Shown here one piece after another: positions 11,674 to 26,600 of a stretch of 64,000 nucleotides of DNA. Numbering within the stretch: the stretch's first letter is position 1; every line of letters starts with the position of its first letter. This DNA is from Amphiscolops sp. MND2022 (taxonomy: Eukaryota), in contig OZ076409.1 in the NCBI GenBank assembly GCA_964187785.1, forward strand, positions 24,120,001-24,184,000. Direction: 5' to 3'. A program made the position numbers and the translations under genes. The notes below the pieces were generated by a model. It had not been told where the DNA came from and ran no database searches. It saw only the letters and a list, made by a program, of their open reading frames with translations.

Positions 11674-14600
11674 CTGAAACACAAACGAAAAATTATATAA
11701 TCAACAATCAAAAAATGACATTAGTTAATTATCGGAAATCATCAATTTCGAAAAAGAGGCCGAGAATCATTTAAAATCACGAATAGTAGTCATTTGTTGA
11801 TTTAAATGATATTTCATATGAAAACCTATTTTTTAGCATACCCTTCAGTCAGAATGGCCAAAGCCGGCTCCTGGCCAGGGCGCAAAAAAACGAAAAACTC
11901 AAGGACTATCTTGAAAGTAATTTTGAAATCTCACAATGCCGAAAAAAATCATAGTGGATCCTATAGGGCATGAATATTACTTGAAAATAAAGATTTCATT
12001 TTGAAAAACAATCGTCAGAAAAGACCTTTGAAACTGATAACGATTTTTTCTTATCTGAAAATACTAGAAAAATATGAAATCTGGTAAATTGTTATTAAAA
12101 GTGCATAGTTCCAAAAAAACTTCAAGCACACATAACAATGACGTATCGGATAATAAGAGTCTGCAAAATGTTTCGAATCTTATGAGCGAGTTCAAGATCT
12201 CAAATGAAAGCTTCGTTTATGGCTGAGAAAGTTTTCCTGAAAAGTGGCTGTAAAACAGTTTGATGTTTTGTTTGCAACGCTCCAAGTTATTTTCAAAGCC
12301 AATTGTGAGCATTGTTCGTTGCACAATGAATTCTCAGGCCCAACTCTTTAATTGTGCCGCTTAGCTAGAAACGTATGATGTTACAAAAAGTAACACCTCG
12401 TCCAATTTCAAAGCCAAACTAAGCTTTGAAAAGCTCGAATTAGTCTAACTAATTAAATCTGTAATCTTGATAAAAAGCAATTACCACAATCCAGTGATGA
12501 ATCACGTACTATTCTTCAACTAATTGAAAACATTTTAATCTATGAACTTTCAAGTCATTAATGTTTTGAAAATTACAAAATCTTCGAGATCTCATTTTGG
12601 TCACAATGTATCTATGCTAGGCATTTCATTTTTTTGACTGATAGCTCGTTTCGACAATTGTACGTGGTTTGTTTCACGGTAGATTATAAGATTTGACGTA
12701 TAGGTTGTCATTTGTGGAAATCTTGACTAACCGCATCGATCTTAAAAACTGCTACGAATGAAAAAATTTGGGCAAATCAACCAACTTTCGGAGTTATTGT
12801 TCAAAGGTCTCAGAATCTCGAAATCTTTCATAGGGTTAGTCCAGAGTCTTCCAAAATGTTTCGAAATTTCCTGATCACAGTGTTCGCCTAACCGGATCTT
12901 TTACAAGCGGATCCTTGAAAACATGTGGTTTCATACGATAATGACTTGTTTTTTCCATGGAACTGCGTTGAAAAATGATTCGATGCGCACAAAGGGGTGT
13001 GTAATATTTTTACATGTAATGATGTCTCAAAATTAATTGCTATGATAACTGAAACAATCCATAACTTTACAATAGATTTAATTGGCTCTTCTACAATATA
13101 TAGCTACTTAGCTTTTAGTAACATATCTATGGTATCAAGGAAACCTCGTCGAATGTAACTCGTCGAAAACAGCTGGTCAAAATTAAAGGGCGGAAAACTG
13201 GTCGAAAATTAACTGGTCGACTATTAATTGGGTGCAAACTCGTCGAATCGTTACAGATCACCAATTGGGTGGTAGTAACCCACCAGAAAATTGCCCATCA
13301 GTGATAAATTTTATAGCGAAGTGCTCATTTTCCGCCTTGACATTTCGACCAGTTGTTTTCGGCGAGTTTTCCTGATTCAGTTAACTCTACACTACACTAG
13401 GAGACGGAAACTGTGTTTGTAACTCGAAGTGACCCTTTGATTGAACAGATCCTAGCCAAGCAATGGATTCTATATCTATAGCTACCTCATTTGGTCGTTG
13501 ATGGGTTTTCTGTAGAAATGGTGCAACACCTCCTGTCGGGTGCACTTGCGGGCGCGCATGGCTTTGAGGGAGTCATTCCAGTGCAGCAGTCTGAAGATTG
13601 TCATCATCTCCTGAAACTCAAGCATCGTCTTGCCTATGTGTGTCTCCAGCATGTACTTGAAGACACCCACGGAACTGTTGGGGTTGTGGGCATCAAAGGG
13701 GGGTCCGTTGTGGGTTTTGAGTGCCTCTTGAACCGCGGATGATATAAATTCGGGGGTGATCTTTCTGTAAGGGTGCTCGTTGAAGACAGAATTCATCAGT
13801 GCCACTTTAGCCGCACTTACTTTGGCCTCTTCTTGAGTATTGCAGTTCTGAAGCAAAGCAACATACAATATCATCAATGTTTCAGGAATTAGAGTTATGA
13901 CGAAAACAGCTTTCGTTAACTACTTTTCGTTTTCTTTTGTTCAATGACTTTTAACTTTCAAGCGTTCTTTATGAAATAAAACCTTAGAAAACGCTTCAAT
14001 AGTTGCTTGTTTAAATTAAAAAACACTATGCGACTGGAAATGTTTTTTGTGGGCCTTGTTATAACAAATTGGACGTATCAGACTTGAGTTATAATAAAGA
14101 TGATGATGTGATCTCCCCAAATGCTAATAATACTTCAACGAATAATTCGTACTGCTTTCGGTTTGATACCTATTGAATTACGGTACCATAAACTCGAAAC
14201 CACCGCTTCAACTGACCTCACTAGTCGAATACTGTAACCACTAAACCATTGCTCTCATCAATACTGAACTGGCGACTTCATAATTCAAAATCCAACGAAA
14301 TTTCACGAAGAATAGTATAGTCTTATCTTCAGTGCACGAAACACACAGATGCATAGGTTATGTAAATTTAAGTAGTAATTTCAACCTCAAAGGAAGCGAA
14401 GCATGCGCCTCCCGGGAGCACGACATAGGCTACGACTGAGGGGGAGTTTGTCTGGTCGAAGGAGTACAGGGGGTTTGGTCCCTGGGGGTACTGGTAGCCC
14501 TTGCTCTGCTTCATCTGCCAGAATTCCCTCAGAGCCTCCACTGCATCGACTGGACCCAAACCTGGAACACAAGACAAGTCTCACCCCATTGGTTTGTTAC

Positions 14601-17600
14601 TGTAACAACAACCACCTCGCCAGGTAGACATCTTTCAAAGTTTGGCATTCAAGGTGTACGAAGTTGTAACTAAAGTTCAAGCTAGTTTGTAGTTAAGTTG
14701 AAAGTTTTCAAGGAATTGGTAATCGCATTGTTGGTAGAAGAATTGTCTAAAAAGTAGCGTTTTGCGACTTCTTAAAAATTATCAGCCACTCTTTATATCA
14801 TTCCTAAGTTTATTACTGCTGCTGGATAACAGAGGAACACGAGGAAAAAATCCTGAAAAGTTCATGAAATGACCTGTAGAATTCTGGAAAAAACTAGGCG
14901 AAAGTGAATCTGTACTTTCCATGCAAAAAGTGATGAAAGAGAATTGTTGACAAGTTCAAGTTCCAGTTGATTTTGCAAGGAAAGTCAGGAAGAATTAGCA
15001 TTTCTATCGAAAAAAAAATCAAAATTCATAGCAGAGAAAATTCGTGTTTTGTTCGAATAAAAATCTCAAAAGTTTGATTCTTTTGAAAGCTTCTGCAACC
15101 CGAAAAAGAGCAATAGTTGAATGCATTAGTTCTACTGGAAAAAGTTCTAACCCTTCGGCTGGAGATAAGGATAGCACTTAGCCATACACCAACAGCAGAA
15201 AAGGCCCATAAAAAGCGCCCAAACGTCTCTTGTAATTTAGACACGTACAAGTATATTCAGTAAAAGTATATAATATAACTATATCGATTCTGGTATTTAA
15301 AGCTGCTCAAGATGGTTACAATGTGAACACATTTTGCTCAGAATTTCCTTTGACTCGGAATAATCAAAGGCGATGCAATTCTGTTAAGTATATGAAAGGA
15401 TATTAGGACATATATTCTATATTTTGACACTCAGGGCGTCTATTAACCTTAGAGTCAGGAAACCAATAATAGAACAGTTTCGCCGCTCCATAACAAAGAC
15501 CCAGTTAGTGTTTAGTGTTTCAGCCAACAATAATATTAATTGAAAACTCTGTCTACATAAACAAAAATTGAACTTGCATGTTTTTTCATGTCTGAAGATA
15601 CAGCTATTCGACAAAGAAAATTCTCAAGAATGGTTGATATTCAAATTTACAAGCTGAAATGTACATAAAACTTGAAGATATGGGAAGTTGAACCATAAAA
15701 TCAATACATCAAGCAAAAGAAACGCGAACACATTTTTTTTTATGCCTAAGGGTGGCGCCAATTAATTCATTTTATGTTCCGGGTTGGAGCTCAAAATATA
15801 AAATTGCGAGAAAAACATTCTTTTCTGGTTTCAATTTTCGTCTCACCACCAACTGTGTTTTATTCTGTGATTTATGAAAAACAACAACATGCTATACATT
15901 GAAAGAACAAAAATTTGATGAAAATAAGGAGTGACCCATAAAACAAAACGAGGATATTTTAATCACATGTAACGTCCACCAGTAAAGTACCAAAATTTCG
16001 TTCAAAAAGTCGAAAAGGTGCGAATCAAAATGGCCGACCTAGCAGGTCGTTGAAATCGAAAAGGACGTTAAGAAGAACGAAAAACCCGCCCAAGAAGCCC
16101 CAACCCAAACGCCCCCGACCCAGGAGAGGAAGAGAAGAGACGCCCCACCATGAATAGACACGGAAAAACCAGGAATTGTGTCATCTCACCCAGTATTTGC
16201 AGGTTCCAAATGAGGAAATGATCCAGAATCCAGATATCCCATGCTTGAAGAACATGAAGAAAACCGCAGAATCAGTGGAAATATGTCAGAAGTGTTTATT
16301 TTGATTATTTCAGATGTTGTTAACATTGATTTACAGATGTGCGGTGATACTGGATCTGCTAGATCCCTGTAATTGGTACTTTAGAGAATGTTTCCCCAAT
16401 AAAATGAGTATGGACTAAAACCCCAGTTTTCGGACCTCGGAGGTATGTAGGATCGCAGGAAGCCTTTAGGACCGTTTTTACGTGCTTGTGGGACGTGTCC
16501 GGACTTTGAGTGTGCCGGCACGTCGCCACGGAGCTCTAATATGAGGAGTCTCCTCAGCGTCTTGGAAAAGTCCCTGCAGAGACCATTTGGGACCAAAAAC
16601 TAATGTTTAGGTTGTTATAAGACATTGGTCTCTTGTTAAGGCAACCTGGGCATTGTCCCAGTTCTGGAATGTAGCTGCTAGCTTGACGTTACATCTAGGA
16701 TAATTTTTATGGCGCCCCACAAGGGACATTTTTTCCATCTTTTCGCCATAATTGGAGTTTTTCCTGCTTTCCGGCCCTGCTAGGTTCGGATCTAGGAAAT
16801 TCTTCTGGTGGGTCCTAGATTGTTTTTATTGCCTTATGCTAGCCCTGTGGGCCTTGTACTAGTGTTTTGCCTGTGTTTCCTGCATGTTTTTGGGGTCTGG
16901 AATGAGAAATAACCGTGTGATTACAGAGTACCGTTTCCATACCGTTTCTGATTGTCGAAATTAACCATCAGGCTTCACCGGATTGTGTTTTAAAGGGTCT
17001 TCTAGCCTTGTTTCAGCTTAATTGCAATGTATGGGGACCAGGAGGACGAGCACTGAAGGCCCCAGCTAGCTGACGACAGTAGGTGAACCCCTGCGTCATC
17101 GCACCTCCGTCACCCCCGTGATTGCAGTATACCCACGACAATCGGGTGAAATCCCTTCTTTTCTTAGTTAAGAAGCCCAAAAAGCATATTCCCAGGCCTA
17201 TTCCCACTAAATTAACTGGAAAGAATACCCTGAGGGTGTTTGAACCAGTTGATTGAAAATTTGAGCGCGAAAACCTGAAAAATAATGTAAAATAAGGCTC
17301 AAACAGTGATTTTACAGATTTTGAAAGTCGAAATTTTGTAGAAAAGAGTACGGCCAGTGGGAATACATGAAAAACGTTCCATCAGACCTGCCAGGTCAGG
17401 AACAGAAAAATTTTCTGGGCTAAATAGTTGAAACATCGAGAAATTTAGCGATTTTTGTCGAAAAAACATCAAATTTGGCCAAAAATACCAAATTTGGTGA
17501 GGGCGAAGCCTTGGGCGTTTGTTCCCAAGCTTTTAGATCAGCCCAAAAACATTATTCCCGAGCTTGGTAGTACAAAACACTACTGCCAAGACGATTTTTA

Positions 17601-20600
17601 GCATCCCCCAATAAAAATTGAAACTTTAACCCTTGAATTTCTTTGATATGCATAGACCTGAGTGGAGGACTCCATAGACGTGAGAGTTATAACATCAAAA
17701 CTAATAATTGAAACCACCCCATTCCCCTAAATCAAGTTGTTACACCTTCTAACACTACTATTAGAACCATTCGGAACGTCTGAGAACAAAGAAATAAAAA
17801 TGTCTTGGTGAAAATACGTATTTTCAGTACTGTTCCGAGAGTGTCAAAGGTGCAACTTAAAGTTTATTTTGAGAGACCTTATTTGGAACCTGCCAGGTTT
17901 TGCTGGCCTATTTTCTGTTAGTACAGAGTATAACGTTGCAAACGCAGAAAACCGCGAGTGATTCCAACCAGTAGTTGCCGAGAAATAGCCAAAAACGTGT
18001 TATTTTTGTGACATTTTCGGAACACTGGAGTAGTGTACCCAAGATAGGTCGAAATCTCTCCTGGTAGGAGTAGCCCAGAACGGATAGCACCATCGTGTAG
18101 ACCGCAAAAAGTTACGTTAGTGGTGTAATTTTCGTAGCGCTACCATTACTAGTGATCGAGAAATCTTAGCCGCAGTTTTGCTCAAAAATGATCCGAAAAT
18201 GTCAAAAAAAAATTGAATTTTAGTTGAGCATAGTGCAATACCTTGCAGGTATCCCAGCACTAAAATTCTTGCATTTTCGTACATACGGCACTAGATCCCG
18301 ACGATTTGTGCATTTTTAGCAGCTTGCTACTGGCCAACTTGAAGAAATTGACAATTTTGTGAATTTTAATCCCTGAAAGTGACATACAGGGTACATCATA
18401 GTTTTGTCGACTCGGATTGCGGAATATTGATCTGGGCACCCCGCTGACTTATTTTTTTGTTACGTGGGCATAATTGACGCTCGCATACAAAATTTCAGGT
18501 AGCCAGGAAGCCTAGAAAGCGAGTTTGACAGACTTGTGTGAATTTCACAACATTGTAGGATTTTGCAATAACATTGTTGAGCGACCCCAAGTCACGTGCA
18601 AACAATTTTAGCGCAATCGGTGGTGATTCTCCCACGATTTGGCCACAGTAGTATACCGTGTTAAATTTTCAGGTCGCTACTAGCTCTAGAAGTGATTTTC
18701 ACCTGTTCCAGGCGTGCGTATTGACGAAAAAGTCGCTGATTTTGGGAATTTTTGCAAAAAATAGCATACCTTTCGTAGGTAAAGTTGCAAGTGAGGACTC
18801 AAACAACCCTAGTTCAGCACCACTCGCCCATAGCACATCCTGTTGAAGCAATTGGAATAGAGCTAGCTCAACCCTAACATCTTGGGTTCGTGGAAAGATT
18901 GTCAACGAGACGTAGAAGCGAAAAACACCAAAATCGTGTTTTCTCAGTTAACAGCCACCAGAGTCACCTAAGTGCGAACTGATAGTTGTAGCCACGCATA
19001 CTTCGAATACGAAGCATAGTGTGAGAACCAGGACGCATTTAGGAGTTTCCCACGAGACTTAGACTTAGGACGCGCTGCGTCTCGCCAAAGTACATTAAGT
19101 ACAGTAGCACCAGAAAGTGTGAAGAACTGTGTTTCCATTGATCTTATAATGATCAGATTAGTAAAACTCTCTTGTTTGTTAGTCTCCTAGCACCTACTCA
19201 CCCCCAAGGTCTATCCCCGAGTTCTCTATTAGCAGCAACCCTACCTGTGCTCTCCAATTGACGGGCAGCGCGAGTAATAAAGAGTACGTTCAAAGAGTGC
19301 TGAGTGGTGATTTCTTGAATAAGTCTCCGAAAAACTCCGCTAGCGTACCAAAACCTTTTCTGTTTATTCCAATCGCCTAGCCTGCGGCTGGATCGAGTGT
19401 AGCTTAGTGTGAATTAGCTTTAGCATCCTTAAGTAGGACATCAAAAAAAAACTTATTTACTGACTTTTGTAGATTATCTATCTCCAGTTAGTGGGGAAGA
19501 AAACGTTTCTGTTTTGATTAGTGGTGATTAGCACCAGTGCATGTAATCTTGAGTTAGTGCATGTAATTTTGAGTTAGTATATGTAACCTTGAGTCTGAAG
19601 TTTGTAAAAGCCAGCTAATCTTGACTTAGAACCTAGAGGGCAGGCACAAGCTACAAGCTCAGAAACTTAATAGTAAAATAGTTTAGTTAAAACTCTTAAG
19701 GAAGTGACACCACAACTTCCAATTTAAATTGACTTCGATCTCATTTGTTGAGGGGAAGGAGTGAGCGAAGGACCAGAGAAAAGTTTTGCTCAATAGAAAC
19801 GCAAGAAATCAAGCAAGCGAAATGAGTTTGAGCGAATGGGAGTATTTGATACCCTTGAATGAAGCATCTTGGGAGTCAGATGGCTTTCATGCCACCAACC
19901 CAATTGCGAGAGACATAGAAGAGTTAAGTACGCTTAGTACACAAGCCGAAATAGCAACGCCGGATGTGATCGCCGACATATTTTTAGACAACCTCATGTC
20001 AGATAACCTGTCTAACGTTGAGCAAAATTCGCGAATCGCACAATCAAGCCAGCAAAGTTCCTCGCAAGCGTCTTCGGACAGCGCTGAACTTGCCAATGAG
20101 ACTCCCATGAACCGTAATAATGTGTGGCCTCCTCTGAACACCTCCGTGATCATGACCGGGGACTGGCCGAACTCGAATAGAGAACTAGCTACTAGCTCGG
20201 ACATCAGTAAATGGGTCGAGAATATGAACGTGGGCATGACTTTGGGAGAAATCACACCCCACTTGGGCACGAGTGTAGACCCACTGGATTCCGGAGCACC
20301 AGCATTTGGCACTAAAGGAGACACATTGGAAGACACTGCTGTGGTTCCGTCAGGAACCCAACTGGGAAAGCGGAAGACCAGAAAAGAAGTGGCTCTCCCG
20401 AATTATGCCTTAACTACACCACCACTGATGAATCCCAGCACCTTGCAACTGGAACGCACGACAACGTCCCAACACTCTGATGCCGGCAGTGTGGCATCCC
20501 CGAATTCGACGATTGCCAGAGGCATCAAGGAGACTGAGGCCATAAGGGAAGATTTTGGACGCAACATGGAACAATTGAAACAAGTCCAAGTAAAGCTGGC

Positions 20601-23600
20601 CCAGGAGAATAATAACCATGTCCGGCAGGCGGAAACCCTAGTGATGGAAATGGAAACGTTGCGAAAGGAAGTAAGCGAGATAAAGATGGAAGGACGTGTC
20701 AACCAGGGCAAAATAGAAGCGTCCATGGGATCCATCAAAGACCTGACTGAGAAACGCATATCGGAAATGACGGCAATAATGATGCAAAGGGATCACCAAG
20801 CAGATGAGCGCCTGAAGCATATGTCCGAAATGATGCACCGCAGAGACTTAGATGTCGATAAACGCATAGTGGACCTTATGACTACGGTACAAGACTTAAC
20901 CCTAGGGGTGAAAACAGTGGTAGCGACGGTACCAAACCGTCCTTCACCTGTGCCGGTGGCACTAAATTCTGCAGACGTACCATCAACAAGTGCGTTTCAT
21001 ACCCAGCATCCCACCTATCGAGAAATTGCCCAACGCCAAAGTGTGACGAAAACTGATCAAACGAATCAACCAAAATTGCAACCACCAGCAATGTACAAGA
21101 AGGTGCCCGTGAAAACCCAAGTTTCGACAGCCAATCGTACTGAAGTGCAACACTGTGATATATCTGGCCCTCCTTCATTCGATCCCTATGCCAGAGGTGC
21201 CTCCACAACAGGAGACTACTACTCGGCAGTCAGTAGCCAAATGCCCAATGACATAAAGACAGCATCGGGAAACACTGAATATCAAACTGCCGTCTCATCA
21301 ATGCTTGGCACAGAACGCCCAGCAATCTCCTACGGTAACAATCAACTACGGCCGTTAACCTCGAGCACGCAGAGGAAGGCAACTTCGAGAAGAAACTTGA
21401 ACACAGCAACAGTGGTAGAACCTGCTAAAGATAGCACTCCAAACCCCATATATAGTCAAACGCTAGCAGAAGCGATAACAACAGCGATGTCCAAAGGCCT
21501 GGAGCCATTGCTAGCGGCGAAAGAAACCAAAAATAAACCAACCAAGTATCGTGGCACACGTGACGGAATAGTAGATGGTTGGCTGATGTTGATGAAGCGA
21601 TATCTTCAGAAAGCCCATGCGAAAGACACTCCATTGGACAAGGCATGGACTATTGTGGAATTCTTAGAAAACGAGGCACGGGACTATATTACGAACAAAT
21701 CTGAAGCGGAACGCGATACTGATGAAAAAGTCTTCGCGCTGCTAGCACGAAGATTTGGAACCGGGTCTAACAAGATCCAAATACAACAACAGTTCCGCAC
21801 ACGTAATCAGTCTCCAGATGAGGATTACATGCAATATCTGGATGCATTGGAAGGTTTGCGCAGCCAAGGTTTTCCCAACGAGGAAGTTGCGGTAAGACGC
21901 TACGAAATCATGCAAAGATTTATCGAAGGTGTACGCAGCTTCGAATTGAAGCGCAACCTCGCACTCATGTATGCGCAAGAACAGTATGTGGACACACCCC
22001 CAACGGTAGAAGCCCTACGATTCACGGTACAACAGTACCTGCGCATGCGTGGTTCAGCCCGTTTGGAAAATTATCCTGCACCACAGCAACAACAACAACA
22101 GCCGCCTGTCGCAGCAAACCAACAAAACCAGATGCAGGCACCGGCCCCGCAAGCGCCTGCTGCCCAGCACCTCCCACAACAACCTGCGGCTTTCAGACAA
22201 CAACCGCAGCGAACATGCTTCAACTGCGGAGACCCCTCGCATTTTGTAGCCGATTGTCCTTTGAAGGATCGAGCACGGAAACCAGTACAACAAGCAGTCA
22301 ACTCATGTCGCACGAACCTAGCCGGAGAGTGGGTGTGCCCATCGAACCCACGCGGCATGAATGATGATGTAATGCCTGCAACTCTACCGGAACAAGGAAC
22401 ATCAGCATTTTGCGTCAATTGTGGTCACACCGGCCACGTGGCATCTGATTGTATGATGCCTGACAACGTTGCAACAGAAGAACAAGTGAAAGCGGCGTGG
22501 TACGCCCCGGGCACAAACTCCACGGGCTTTCGAGACACTGAGGACCAAGTAAGAGTGATCTCGACTTCGGAAGAAGGAGGCCCATCACGTCCAGTGGTTG
22601 TGACTTGCGGCGAGAAACAGATCCTAACGACGCTTGAAGCCCCAGCGCCTGATTGTACGGAGACGCTTATATCCATTCATCTATTGTTATCCGCAGAGCA
22701 GAGAGCACGACCCAACCTTACATTGGCTCAATTGAAAGAAGAACTTTGCCGCAACACCAACCTCACCATAGCTTCGAGACCCTTGCCACATTTCACCAGA
22801 AGTGATGAGACCAAGCTAGCCCCAATACAGAAGGTCAAGACAATCGCACCAGTCCCCATAGCGATCACGGTTGATGGTGTAGACATGAGGTTCGATGCGA
22901 TTGTTGTCCTGGAAGGACACTTTCCGCAACGCCTATATTTGGGCAGGCAAGAACTACGTTGCTATAACATTGGAGTGCAGGATGCACAAGGAGAGGCACA
23001 AATTGATGAGCGAGCCTCGCTAGTCGTTGCATTCGGAACCCCTCTGCAAAAGCCGATACCACTCTTCGGCATGATAGACACCGGTTCGGGAGTCTCAATT
23101 CTTTCTTTGAGTGCGTACAAGAAAATCGCATCCCCGCATGAGTTGAACTTGTCGCCATATGACATTGAACTCTTCGCTGCCAATGGCAAGAGCATCACGA
23201 CCGTTGGTATCGCAGAAGACGTAAGCTTTCAACTTGGCGGATACACTCTGAAGACCAACTTTGTAGTCATAGCAGATCACATTGGTTCAGAGGATTTCCT
23301 CTTGGGTCGAAATTTCTTGCGTACGTACAACGTATTGGTGGATCTAACGGCAATGAAAGTAACCATCCGAGATCCCAAAACGCCTAGAATCTTCAAAGCC
23401 GTTCATGAGGTAAGTGAACACGAACCATCATTTGTCATTTCTGCCGAAGAAGTAGTCCTAGGTCCATTCGAAAGAAAAATTGTGCGCGCGAAAATCATCA
23501 CGCAACAACCCGATGAGTTTCATTTTCGTAACGTAATGGTCCACTCATGTAACATGAAATCCAAGTCGGTCTTTGTTTCAGAAGATACACTAACCTCCGT

Positions 23601-26600
23601 GGGAGCAGAGGGTATGATTTTCGTAGCCCTACGAAATCAAACTGACAAAGAACGGGTAAGGATCAAAGCACAGACTGTAATTGGCAAAGCGGCGCTCACC
23701 ACTTTTGTATTGAACTCTGTTCCTTTGCAAAATAGAGGTGATGATTCGAAGCTTTCAGTGGAATTTGTAAATCAAGTGCATAAAGATATAGACATGGACA
23801 CTAGTTCAGAATTTAGTTCCTTTGCCCAAAACTTCTTGTCTTCGACTGAACCGTCTGAGGTAGATTGGTCAGAGAGTGAAAAGCGAAAGCGAACAGATCC
23901 TCAACTGCTAAAAGCAATCCCAGGCCCTGACCTCTCTTCCGTCTTTTCTTCATGGGGGAAGAGGCGAGAGACAAGTTAGAGACTATTTTAAATGAGTACG
24001 AAGATCTATTCATGAAAAATAAGTCTGACATAGGTAGGTGTAAGATTGCAAAGCACAGAATAGAGCTAGAGCCGGAGGCTATACCACACCGAGAAGGAGC
24101 AAGGCGAATGTCCCCTGATAAGGCAGCGAAAGCCAATCAGGAAGTGCAAAATTTGCTGGCCCTTGGACTGATACAACCCTCCTATTCTCCGTGGGCCAGT
24201 GGCATAGTCATGGTAAAAAAGAAAACAGGCGAGCTTCGCTTTTGCTGTGACTTCCGCCCGCTAAATGATGTAACAGTAAAGGACGCATTTCCATTGCCCA
24301 GGATTGACGAAAGCCTCTCGAGAATTGGGAATGCAAAAATCTTCACGAGCATTGACTTAGCGTGGGCCTTTTGGCAGATCCCGCTGAAAAAGCGCGATCG
24401 CAGAAAAACCGCCTTCGCGTGCGAGCTCGGCCTGTTTGAATGGCGACGCATGCCCTTCGGGCTATGCAATGCATCGGCCACTTTTCAGCGATCCATCACT
24501 CGAGCTCTACAAAGAATACAGCAACGACATGGAAGTGTGCATACATTGACGACATAGTAATCGCGACAGAGACCATTGAAGATCATTTGGAAAGAATCAA
24601 AGAAGTATTCGAATGTCTCAGAGAGGCCGGTTTCAAGATGCGAGCCGAGAAATGTGATTTCATGCGCACTGAAACCAAATACCTTGGAAGAGTAGTCTCT
24701 GCCGAAGGCATAAAGCCAGACCCGGCTGCCGTAAGCAAAATCCAAGAGTGGATGCCCCCAAGAAATAGAGAAGAGCTACAAAGCTTCCTTGGATTCGCGA
24801 ACTACTACCGAGACTTCATTCCTTTTCACGCTGCCAAAGTACAGCCTATGCAGGAGTTGTTAAGGAAGAACCAACACTTCCACTGGAAAGAAAGACATCA
24901 AGAAGCGTTTGATTCAGTGAAACAGGCACTAGCTGACGCCACAGCTTTGGCAGCCCCAAACGATGAAGGACGTTTTGTTTTGGACACAGATGCCAGTGCA
25001 GTTGCTATAGCCGGCATACTGCACCAAGAACAAGAATACAATGGGAAAACCATTCTTCGTCCCATCGTTTATGGTAGCAAGTCGCTGACTCGAACACAAT
25101 TGAATTATGGCGCCCCGAAACTGGAAATGTTTGCGGTTTTCTATTTCATTGAGAAGTTTCATTCCTACCTTGCAGGTCGAGAATTCACGCTGCGCGTGGA
25201 CAACCAGGCTCTCTCGTGGCTGAAGACATATTCAATGGATCAGGCCATGATTGGACACTGGATTGCGCGCCTCGACCAATATCACTTCAAGACGATCCAC
25301 AGACCACGCACGCAACACCGAAATGCAGACGGTCTTAGCAAAAGGACCAATGATTACGTGCATCGGGAGAAGATTGTGGAAGCTCTACCAGAAGTGAGCA
25401 AAGGATTCAGCTTTATGTCCCAGTAAGACTACGAAGAACTCCCAACTGTGCCATATATTGATAAACATGGAAAATTCATACCGAACCATCCGGAGCTTCC
25501 GCCAGAAGCTCGGGCACAACTCCCTGTATTATACATCTTGAAGAAGCGACCGAAGGAAGATTTAACCTCGGATCAGTCTTTGAGTTCCATACCATGGTAT
25601 CCACAGATACAGTGGGAAACCACCCCGACATCAACCGAAAATGACAGACCAAGTTGTATCCTTAGCGTAACAACCAAAGTGCCAGCGGCACGTCTCGATA
25701 CCACCCAACGCGACCCAGCGTTGCGCAGATTGCCAACGAACTGTCAAGAACAGGCTGATATCCTCAGGCTAGTCGGAACTGAACTTCACGAGCACCAGTC
25801 AACGATGCGTGGCCTGAAGGATTTACATCTAGCTCAAAACAGAGATGTTCACCTCCTAGCGCTGAAGAAGCTCATGAAGAACGAGCCATTGGATGACGCT
25901 TTGTTCCCCGAGGATGTGCAAGATTTTGCCAAACGGTACTTTCATCAGAAAAAAGACCTACTGTTCCTGAACCAAAATGACATTTTATGTGTCAATTACA
26001 TTCCGCAGCAACGCGCGATGCACGTACGACCGTGTATGATTGTCATGCCCCAGCTCTACCAGCATGAAATCTTGTACAGAGCGCATGATGAATCAGGACA
26101 CCAAGGCGTTGGCAAAGTATTGGCGAGGATACAAGAGCGCCACACTTGGCCAGGCATCAAGCGTGATGTCGTCAATCATATTAAGCATTGCTTAACATGC
26201 CAATAGACGAAGCATCCCGCTGGGAATCCCTGTTACCCCCTACAGAGTATCAACAGCAGCAATTTTAATGATCTGGTGCAATTTGACCATTTGAAATTGT
26301 GCAAGACAACGTCAGGAAATAATGGATTGCTAGTCATCATCGACCATTTTACCAAGTTTGCAGAGGCAATCGCATGTGCACACGATGAATATGACGCACA
26401 GACGACTGCAAAGATTATCCTAAGCAAATGGTTCGCAAGACATAGCACTCCTGCCAGAATGCAGTCTGACAACGCCACCAATTTCACTGCCGAAATTGCT
26501 CAAGAATTGATGAAAGCTTCGCAAGTAACCAAGGTAACGTCTACTCCAGCTCATCCGAGAGGCAACGGTCTAGTGGAACGCCAGAACCGAACGTTGCTTA

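Noticed and set aside
19748..19772. PPT-like GAGGGGAAGGAG followed by TG just upstream of gag
   Set aside because: No repeated LTR follows it; it leads straight into the gag frame.
23945..23965. Programmed -1 frameshift between gag-pro and pol
   Set aside because: TGGGGGAAG is not a canonical X XXY YYZ slippery site; a one-base loss in a G-run is the simpler explanation.
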